A DNA stretch of 64,000 nt, taken from assembly GCF_000150275.1 (NCBI RefSeq), contig NW_002060944.1:807014-871013 (forward strand). The letters are read 5' to 3'. Below, piece by piece: positions 1-10,095 of the stretch. How positions within the stretch are numbered: the stretch's first letter is position 1; every line of letters starts with the position of its first letter. The notes below the pieces were generated by a model. That model worked only from the letters and a program-made list of their open reading frames with translations, was not told the origin of the DNA and ran no database searches. Origin of the DNA: Trichoplax adhaerens. Taxonomy: Eukaryota > Animalia > Placozoa. The position numbers and the translations under genes were made by a program.

Positions 1-720
1 TACTGGTAGAATGACCTTGATAATTTTTGTCTAAAAAATAAATCACTAAATCTAGTTAATAGATTATAAAATACTCCCTGCTCTCGTAGACTAATGATAT
101 CGTAACATGGATAGATTGAAAATTGACTTCATTGTCCTTATCCCATCGTTTAGTAACGCTAAAAGCTTGCTTTCTCATCACGCAATCAAGTTAGACTCGA
201 AAAAAATAGACGCATCGAGATCGGTCTACACAGTACTGTTGGCTTATTCTTGACGTTTGCAAATTTCAACCAAGCTCAAGCATTAACAAATACCTTGCTA
301 GAGGATTGCTCACAAACTGAACGCTATATTCTTTGCATTCCATACTAGAGACCAGCATTTCGTGATACTGCAGTCTTCTATTTCTCCGCTTTCGCCATAT
401 AAAATGTTCACCCATGATGTAGTTTTCTATCACCTAGTATTAAGAAAGGTTCAGAAAAAGCAACACTGTATCCCATCATTTCACCACAACTGTAGACTAC
501 CAATATTCACCAATGATACAGTTAGGATCTTGGATAGCACCTTCTACGGTCGAGAAATGTATTCATCTATTCCACTGGTGTAAACAACAAATTTTGATCA
601 ATGATATAGTAGAATCTTGTGCTCTACAGGTGCCGCTTGTAGACAAAAAAAATACTTAGAAAGGGACACTGGACCTGTATTCTTTTACACGTATTCCGCC
701 AAATGTAGAAGAGAAAATGC

Positions 721-1037
721 TATCAATGTAGACAAAAACTATTCAGAAACTAGACATCATGTTGTTGTATTCCGTTTTTTGTAGACAAGAAATATCAAGA
801 TATCAATGTAGACAAAAACTATTCAGAAACTAGACATCATATTCTTGTATTCCACTTTTATTGACAAGAAATGTCAAGATATCAATGTAGACAAAAACTA
901 TTCAGAAACTAGACATCATGTTCTTGTATTCCACTTTTGTTGACAAGAAATGTCAAGATATCTATGTAGACAAAAACTATTCAGAAACTATACATTATGT
1001 TCTTGTATTCCACTTTTGTAGACAAGAAATGTCAAGA
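721..1037. repeat. Tandem repeat, 4 x 79-80 bp, ending inside a NUF2 exon
   Basis: Unit tatcaatgtagacaaaaactattcagaaactagacatcatgttcttgtattccacttttgtagacaagaaatgtcaaga starts at 721, 801, 880 and 959. Confidence 0.95.
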
Positions 1038-4000
1038 AATTATATGCTGTATTCATGGAAAGTTTAACAGGATTCGATGGCAATTACCAGGTGAGTTAGC
1101 TGATCTTCAACATGCTAGTCTACGACAATGCAGTCTACGAGTTCAACTGATATTTGGACTCTTTGCAATCTCATAATTATAATTGTTGTGTAGCCACGTT
1201 TTGCGGCGTTAGAAAACTGCCAATTTGCTGATTCGATACAAGAACCTTTATCTGTAGTGGTCTTCTCAATGGTGCTGTAAGTAGAATTATCAATGTATCC
1301 TTTTCATGCATTAGTAATAGGAAGCATCCATCCAATACAGTGCAAGGTCTTCAAGTCTTGCAAGATCTTAGTTACTTGTAATGTATCAATAATCAATCAT
1401 ATCAATTCAGACAGAAATGGATAGTACTGTATTAATAGGAATCTAAATAATTTACTTTCAATCACGATAAAGATCCAAAGTACTAAAAGACTCTGGTGTT
1501 AATGGTGTTAACTTGGACGATATACTTTCACCAGGTAAGTAGAAAGAACTAATAAATGAGTTATTAATAATCGTAACCAGTAGGCTTAAAAATTTTAATG
1601 TACCTATGAGGTAGAATGAGAATCATGAATTAATTGTAATGATGTAGTGAAAAGTAAATTATTTAAACTTATTAATTTGGACAACAGCTAATAGCCAGGC
1701 ATGCTACCGGTAGTAATAGCCTTTGCAATACAAAATGTGCTCATACTAATAATACCAATGTAATTATGTATCTTTTACAGCAAGAAAGAAAACCATCCGC
1801 AATTTGAGGTAACTGCAATATAATTTTTCATAGAATACCGAGACATCCTTTAAAGCAGTTCATTTTCCATTGAAATTATCCATACTCCTTGAGGTCACAT
1901 TGCATTGAAATAGACTATTCCATTACTATAGCTCAATATTATTGACTGTATCCTACGTCGTATCAATAGTTTACATTAAAAATACACTTTGTATACTCTA
2001 TCAAATTATAGCAATAAATTGATTATGCCTAATTCAAGTGCAGTCTATGAATAAAATAGAACCCTAGTAACTCAATGATAAACGAAATTTTAATGATTAA
2101 ACAACTTGCTTACACAATTATCCGAGAATAACGCGTAGATTGACTCTTTATCTACCTTGTATCATCATTGCAGTGCTTTAATCAACTTTCAACGATTCGT
2201 CGATTCTCAAATACACATTTTCGAAGAAAGCGCATCAGTAGCTGTAAGTATCGATCAATATATTTTTGTAAACTTTTTCCAGGTATTAAAATTGACAGCA
2301 TACAGATATTAACAATCTTGCTTAAATACAGGAATCATTAAACAACCAACACCAGCAATTGCGAGTCAAAAGCCAAGAATTAGATCAAAAAATCACTAAT
2401 CTAAAGTACATCTTTCTTACGAATCTCTCTTCATTCATTTAATGTCAATTGTTGCAATTATCATGTACGATAAATCATTTCGCATTTATATCATTTTAGA
2501 GCCAAAAAGGCCATGGAGGATATAAAAATGAAAGATGTATGCCTTCGCATTTTAGCGCTCTCTATCTCGTACGACTAATTCGAAATCGCTTACAAAAGAT
2601 AACTAATCATTTGGAAATATTTCAATGTACTTATTATAGCTATTACCTCAAGTTGAAAATTTAGAAAACGAATTGAGTCGATTTGATGAGCAGCAGGTAC
2701 AAAAAATAATGGATGCTATCAAAAATAATAATTTGTACAAAGACAATCTTGTCATCATATCCAAATAACCATTAAATCAATTAATTGAACGGATTTATAT
2801 CGTTGTTATTCCTGTACTGATTGCATTGGTCGTTGCTTTTAATGACAGCAAAATCTCAACCAGGAAATGAGCAACCTAAAAATCAAGACTTCAGAAAATG
2901 AAAATCATTTGGTAACTCCTTTAATTAGACAATTTTTATTATAATTCAACAGAAAAAAGTGAAATTGATGGCAAATAATGTTGTATTCATCTTACAGATA
3001 AAATTCAGAAAAAACAAAGCAGAATTGGACAAAAATGTAGAGAAACTTAATCAGCGAATTGTTGCTTCTCCAGAAAGATTGCAAAGCGTAAGTTTTTAGT
3101 GCAGAACCAAATCATTCCAATTTAACTCTAAATTATCATTACTATTTAGATAGATAGAATAAATTGTTATTCTTTCATTTCATGTTTTATTAATATTAGA
3201 CTTTAGCCAGCTTGACAACACGCATAGATGACTGTAGAAAAGAAATAGAAGATAAACGAATCAAAAATGAAGAGAATGTTGAAAAAATTAATAAATTGTC
3301 TGACTGCACAGAGGTACACGAACAGAGTTTGTAATGTAATTTCTTTTGAAATGCGCCTTTTGACTGTCATTTTCAACATAGGCATGCGATGAACTAACTA
3401 CCTTATGTAAAAGTACACTTACCGAAATGGATCGATACCGGTAACAAGAGCCATTAAATAATAATTTATATCGCATTATCACTTGAAAAGTAATTGTAAT
3501 CCTACTTTACACTGCCATAGCGAGAATGTCCGAGAGTATGAGGCAGTCGTTGATTTACGAATAGAAAAGACTGAAGCATTGCGTGAACTAAATCTCAACG
3601 TCCAGGTAGTACACTTTTTAGAAAAAGTGACTCAATAGTATATAATTCATGATAAATGTATTTATGTATACATATGTAATTTGAAACATTCAACAATTTT
3701 TTTTCTTACAGAATTTAGAACGAGAATTGCAATCAAAACGAGACACACTGGCTACTGTAAGATCGCAAAACAAAACTAAATTAAACCAAGTTGAAAAATT
3801 ACTCGAAGAAAAGCAAAGGTAAGTAACATGGTCTACATATCGTCCGAATTTTGTATCAGCCACTTGAGATTATCCTCTATTTCAACCATTCTAACTTGGC
3901 CAGTAATAAGTAACTTACACGTTTCATTGCAGGGAGCTTGCTGACTTTCAAAAGAAAAGGCATGAAGACAATGAACAAGCAATGGAGCTATCTCATGAAA

Positions 4001-4277
4001 TGGATGCTATTAAAGCAGAAATTGAAAAATCGAGAAATGAGCATGCTGGTAAAATCAAGAAAGCTGAGGATACTTATGAACTTTTGCTACAAGAGGTAAC
4101 GTTTTGAAAATGTTTGCTATTGTACAAATTTTTTCTACCAATAACGTACTATCCTTAGGCAGATATTTTACTTACTTTTTTCTCCTGTTTACGTAGTTGG
4201 ATAACTACCATCAGAAATTAGCGGAATCATGGAAAGAAGTCACCGACTCCTTGGAAATAAAACCAACGATACCATAA
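1022..4277 (+). CDS. NUF2: Kinetochore protein Nuf2 (NDC80 complex), multi-exon; first coding exon not identified
   Basis: Spliced exons 1022-1090, 1194-1276, 1473-1534, 1781-1808 and 2174-2243 give TRNVKKLYAVFMESLTG...SKVLKDSGVNGVNLDDILSPARKKTIRNLSALINFQRF, which matches the Nuf2 CH-domain pattern (D-I-L-x-P...T-x-R-x-L-S-x-x-I-N-F). Many short coiled-coil exons follow; the last exon 4197-4277 ends LDNYHQKLAESW...IP*. Checked introns are GT-AG and in phase. Confidence 0.85.
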
Positions 4278-6134
4278 ATACGTTACTGTAGAATTGTATG
4301 CACAAACACATATTCTACCTTATGTGATATTAAAATAGTGTTATCTGTATGTGTGTATCTGTAATGCAAACAGGTTGCATTCTAGTATTCACATCATACT
4401 CCCCTAAAAATTTATATGATTGATTTTTTAACTATACTGTACTTACAAGACCTTGGACCATTCCACATACTGCATGCGATGTGGACATGTACCCATGCCA
4501 CCATGGTTCGTAGGGCTATATTGGAATAACAAAAAATGTACCTTGATTTTGTAATTATGCGTCCAAAATCTGTTCGACTGTCTGTTTCAAGAATCTTAGA
4601 CATTTAAAGTAATCTTCGTATAATGTAATTCCTGTAACTTACAGTAGTAGCAATTGGCATTATGGATACATGGTAAAGATCACCAATAGCAATTGAGCAT
4701 ATCTATAAATAAGTTTCGTTGTTTTCAGGAAATTGTGGATTTTCCAGATGACTCTTAATGTAATATTTAAGGATTAGTAACTATGATAACAAAAATCTTA
4801 CTATTTTAACGACTAGGCGGAAATTTTTTTATCTGAGGCGCTAGATCGATGTAGTACATGACGTTAAAATTATTAAATAAATGTTTAAATATCTACTCGC
4901 AGACTTTTCAATCACTTGATACATTATCCCGATAGCCTTAGCAATTGCAACGATCTAGAATGACAAGCTAGCAAAATGAAATAAATAGAATAGCGGTTAA
5001 CATTGAATTCACCTTGACCTTTCATAATTCTATGCCTCCAGCATTCAGTATCCACTTTAATTCATTTTTAAAAAAGTAGAATATAATGTGTGCTACTGCT
5101 ATGATGAACCGTGCTTCATTTCTGTAATCGAATCTTAGCAATAGAATTATCAAAGTATTTTAATTCCTACATTAATATACATCGGCAATTAGGTATTAAT
5201 CAAATATCATTGGCCATTAATTATCAATAGCTAATCAATTATTTAATTAAATGATTTATAAAGGATGTGATGAGCTTGATATCTGTAATAGAAATCCTAT
5301 TAATGTGATTACAACTTTTGTAGTTAAAGATGGTTGCACCGGACTGTTTTCATGGCATTTAGCCTTAACAGCTGCACATTCCTCTTCGGAATGGCAACGC
5401 TAGAACATTGTATTAAGAATGTAGTTATGCATTGGTTGAAAGATCTTTAATTTAGTATACTCCTACCTACAACATCTATTCTACACCGAGAAAAGCAAAC
5501 GATGACTATGGTCAAAAAATTATCATCACTTTTATCATCTAAAGAAGAAACAGGAAATTTCACTTTACGGAGCAAGATGGCCTTGCAGGGAAAACTATGC
5601 ATACTGTAGCAGAGAAATCTTACATATTGGTCAGTGAACCAGGCAAAGTCAGGAGCCATACTCGAATTGGAATTTTGACTTTGTTACTAAAAGAAGAAGC
5701 CTGACAGTGATATTCTAGTTTAAAAGCTCATGAGCTAGCTCAGCTAAGCCCAGACCGTAAACAGGCATAGCAGAGTTCTGGTATGCGCAATTTATGTCAA
5801 TCCTGCATAACTGCAGCCTAAAAGATAGACTCACATCTGTAAATACGTAAATGTCAATGAAGTGAATTTATTTCAAGTCTGCACTCTTATATACCAGTAT
5901 GCGGCTTAATTTAGAGTCGACCTCAACTCTCGATCATATTATAACTATATGTAGTGTGGAAATTAATATCTTTATTACTTAAAGTTAGAATACATTCTAG
6001 TAAAATTTCACACGTTGAAATCCATATGCATCACGCAATCGAATAATATTAGCCATTCATTAATTGTTGATTAACTATGCATGACCTGTGCACAATTTCT
6101 GCAATAAAAATCTCAACTATACGGTTAAAATTTT

Positions 6135-9060
6135 TTAATTTGATGTGGTTGTATCTGCAGCCGTATTGTCTACTTCTTGGCTTTTAGTCTTAGCAACCGC
6201 ACATTTTCCTTCAGAACGACCATGATGGGACACTTCGTTAAGATTGTATTTACGCATTTGATGGAAGTCATCTAATATACTCATACAGCATACATTCTAT
6301 AGGTAAAAATAAAAATAAAATATTAAAATTTTAGCGAAGAAATTATCCTGCAAATCATACCATCGAAATTTTCGTTCCATAGCAACAATGAGCATTTAAT
6401 CGTCGAAATTTTCGAAAACTATAATATACTAAGCATACTGTAGCCAATTTCAATGAAACCATGATAAGGGTTGTAAATAATTATTCTATCCTACATTTTA
6501 TGATTAGCATATACTTGAGTTGTACAGTATACAGTAATTAGAGTCTCCCATCTTCACGTGATGTACGACAGCATCATAACTAATTAACTATTACAAATCA
6601 TGCCTTATCACTTTGTACCATAACAGTAGTAAGAACTGACAACATTGACATACCCTGACAATTTCAATAACAATAACGACATCAGGGTTATCCAAATTGA
6701 CTTGATGCTTAATTTGGCCATCGATAACTATATCGGCTACGGTTGCAATTACTTGATCTCTATTGAGATCGCCGTTATATCTCGATTTATATGAAATTGC
6801 AAACTACATTGAATTGAAAAATAAGACTCATTCAGAGAATTATAATAAGAAATCATTTAAATAGTGTTTTCTGTCTTACATACTTTACACTCTTTGGCAG
6901 TATCGTTTTGAAAATATTGCTTTAAATATTGAGGGCAGCATTTCTTAATATCGTCTAATGATGAATGGCAAATGAACGTCACAGGTATCAAACGCTGGCA
7001 AAATCTATTCGAGAAAACAATTGCATCAAAGTATCATCTATTAGCAGTAGTAACATTTTTGAATATCTTTATTCAGTCTGATTAATTCACAGTCATGCTA
7101 TGTAACGATAACACTACTACGAATGGATCTCTAAATATCTGTAATAAGGTTTCATTGCCATATCCATATGATTTTTACCTAACGCTAGCCTTTCGCTCTA
7201 TTAAATCTTTAAAAATCGATTTTGTCAATTCGTAAGGGTCTCCTTTATTACATTCAATAAAGTAAATATTTTTCACTCCTGTTTCAACAGCTTGAAAGTA
7301 ATTTTTCCAATTATCTTTAAGCGCGCTAATTTCCTTTTCTAACTCTTTCGATGGATCATTATCTACTGTCACGTAGAGAGAGTGGAACGTAATTAACAGT
7401 TAATACTGGTGATACAGTAATTAATAGACTTGAATTCTCTACACTGACCTTCAGATTTTGATGTTTTGGAATCGTCACCATCATCATTACCATATAATCG
7501 ATCCGCAGACTATACATTAGTAGTAAAGTACTTGTTATTAGATAGTGATTGCATAGCAATCTTTAATCTTATGTCACCTGTAAGTATATACAGATATATA
7601 TGTATATTACGTTTCATAGAAAACATACTTGCAAGGTATAAATAAAAAAATCACAATTCTATGCGTAGAGCTATTACCTATTGACAGGAGTAATGTAGGT
7701 GTAAGTGACATTATGAGGCACAATCCATTAGTAACGAGACAAGTTATAGCATGATAAAATATTCTCTCTGAGTCAGCTGCAGCATAACTCTTACCTACTA
7801 CTTGTGAATTTATCGTTGCTGCTACTGTAAATAGTCGTATATCACTTCTAGCACTATGCCTGTGTTCTTGCATCGCATCATTTTAATGATTTATTTTAAA
7901 TATTGTATTATTTGTAAATCCTATATAGAATTAACAAGGCATAAAAAAGATCGGAGTCCGTCGCATTGTCATTGCTTCCTTGATTATACGTATCTGCGTA
8001 CATTTTAGAGATCGTAGCCATACCAACTCTCTTTACATCGACTTTTGTACATTGGTTGTAATAATTACTACTATGACTAATCAGTATATTGTTAAACTTA
8101 AACCTAACAGTATCCATTAGAGCACATCTTGGATCAATCTTGTAGGACTCAATTAATCTTATCTGCCGTATCTGTACTAGATTCGAGATTGTGGAATCTG
8201 TAATGTGACAGTTTCAGTCGAAAATTGTGTACTGGCTGTCCTATGTCTAGTTGCTATTTCACATTTGGCTAAGTTTTAGCTTAATAGTACTCACTACAGT
8301 TAGTCTTAACATTTCGATTGGCCTTAAACTGATTCCATTTATCTGTACTCAATTAGAACTTGTAGACTGCACATCGATAATTTTAATAATATTAATTGAT
8401 GTGGGGATTACTATCTGCAATATTGACTGTCATCGATGGACATAACGCTCAGCTTTAGCTTGAGAGTATTTATTGAAGCATGCCTGAACTAGTTGAATTG
8501 GGCTCCAATAAATCTTATCTATCTGTCCCAGAGAAAATTTGAAGGTATGGTGTAAGAATTAGTCAATAATGAATCTTCTAAATTGTCTTATTTCGCCTAC
8601 AATCTTTAAAATGGTGACTTTAAATTGAATTCAATGTATACGTAAGCCAGGGACTGCTACATAGGATAACAACAACACTTGTGATACGTGTATCGCCTCT
8701 TGTGCATCAATTTATTACTTTATCCTTAACTCGTCTATCTATACTCAAAGATGTCATCATCAAGAGTGAAAATTTGCGATACCTCATGGAGTAATTGATA
8801 GATTTCAGCAAGAGCTCCCCTATTTTGCACATTATTGCATGTCAGTAAAACGCCATTCAATCCAGGTCGCATACCTCTGGGATCAACATGCTATAGAAGA
8901 AAAAGGAATAATGGCTGTTGTCATGGAGGTTTGCAACCTAGTCTAGTGTTGATTAATCATCGTTCGCTAAGTATGTTACCTTTTTCTTCCTAAAATTCAC
9001 GTAATAAGCTTTAGCTCGTTTTCGTTTCCCGTCATTAGCACTTTCGTCCTGCGTTGCCAT
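6135..9060 (-). CDS. THUMPD1: THUMP domain-containing protein 1 (Tan1 homolog, tRNA ac4C adaptor), multi-exon
   Basis: Spliced translation MATQDESANDGKRKRAKAYY...GMRPGLNGVLLTCN...LLHESADRLYG...FQAVETGVKNIYFI...RFCQRLIPV...FAISYKSRYN...LNRDQVIATVA...HQVNLDNPDVVIVIEIVRNVCCMSILDDFHQMRKYNL contains the characteristic THUMPD1/Tan1 motifs. Confidence 0.9.
7780..8485 (-). pseudogene. Decayed TPR-gene remnant within THUMPD1 intron 2
   Basis: Minus-strand fragments TLKLKLSVMSIDD/NIADS, TIKLKLSQM*NSN and DIRLFTV..GKSY, plus DNA matches (ataatcaaggaagcaatgacaatgc; catagtagtaattattacaaccaa), resemble the intact TPR gene at 61.9-63.0 kb (SLDLKLKSLGSENIDVSDSY; ataatcaaggcaagtatgacgacgc; cataggtagtgtctattataaccaa), but with stops and frameshifts. 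Confidence 0.55.
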
Positions 9061-10095
9061 TGCTACGCTGCACTGCTAGAGAGTCAGTGGGCCGCAGTTA
9101 GAAGAGACTCTTGCTGTACTAAAACAGTCGTTTAATCACCGCTCAAGAATGAAAATAGTGATATAGTATGGTGAGAAGACGACCGCATTAAACACTAGAG
9201 CGATGCTGTCCAAGTGTACAGTAACACTACAGACTAATACTGTACACTGTAGAGGGGTCCTACTGCGCAGAAGTAATGACGTCACATGATCGGCGTGAGC
9301 AGCTTGCAAGCCAAATCACCGTTCAATAATGAAAACATTGATATAGTATGGGTAGTGGACGACTACATTAAACACTAGAGTAATGCTGTACAAGTGTACA
9401 CTGTACAGTAACACTACAGACTAATACAGTCCAGTACTGTACTGTACAGTACGACAGTGTACTGTAAATTGCACAGTACTGGACACTGTAGAAAGCCACT
9501 ACTGCGCAGAAGCGATCGTGTCACATGATCGGCGTGAGCAGCTTGCAAGGCAAATCACCACTCCAGAATGAAAATATTGCTATAGTATTGCAAGTAGGCG
9601 ACTGCATTAAACACGAGAGCGAAGTCTTTCAAGCAGTTTTGTTTACAAGACCATTTGAAACGTTTTACTGCTTCAGCATACCGCAGAGTACAGTACAGTA
9701 CATACTGTACAGTGTACAGTACGGTGCAGTACAGTACTCTACACTGTACTGTACAGAGTCACACTACTGTACAGTGTACAGTACAGAATACTGTAGAGAG
9801 ATCCTACTGTACTGTAACTGTGCGGTAGCGATGGTGTCACATGATCGGCGTGAGCATCTTGCTAGCCAAATCACCGCTCAAGAATGAAAATGTTGATATA
9901 GTATGACGAATAAACGACTGTATTAAACACTAGAGTGAAGTTTTACAAGCAATTTGGTTTCTTCAATGGAGTGTTATTGACGTACGGGACACCGCCTCAC
10001 AATCTCTATTGAAGCAGTTATCATCGTGATCCATCATCGATATCAACAACCCATAGTAGACAAGCCCCCATCAATAACAACAAAGTCAAGACAAA
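9061..10095. promoter_or_regulatory. Divergent (bidirectional) promoter region THUMPD1 / fucosidase
   Basis: Head-to-head ATGs about 1 kb apart; contains TGACGTCA (~9277), TGCGCA and three GTCACATGAT E/M-box motifs. Confidence 0.6.
9135..9950. repeat. Tandem array of about 3.5 units: conserved ~100-bp core plus variable-length TACAG/TACTG-rich spacer
   Basis: aatcaccgctcaagaatgaaaat..gatatagtatg..gacgactgcattaaacactagag recurs at about 9135, 9314, 9553 and 9869; gtcacatgatcggcgtgagcagcttgc recurs at 9281, 9520 and 9836. Confidence 0.9.

Noticed and set aside
362-583. 73-aa ORF as the first NUF2 exon, or a minus-strand TPR remnant
   Set aside because: No Nuf2 N-terminal motif or compatible splice site found; TPR-like words (LGD, NIGS) are too short to support.
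1295-1304. U12-type donor GTATCCTTTT in a NUF2 intron
   Set aside because: Using it would include an in-frame TAA; the GTAAGT donor at 1277 gives the correct frame.
9525-9887. 120-aa ORF in the ORF track
   Set aside because: Translation of the TACAG/TACTG repeat; no coding signature.
9135-9950. CRISPR-like repeat/spacer array
   Set aside because: Repeats are about 100 bp and diverged, spacers are homologous low-complexity sequence of unequal length, there are no cas genes, and the context is eukaryotic.
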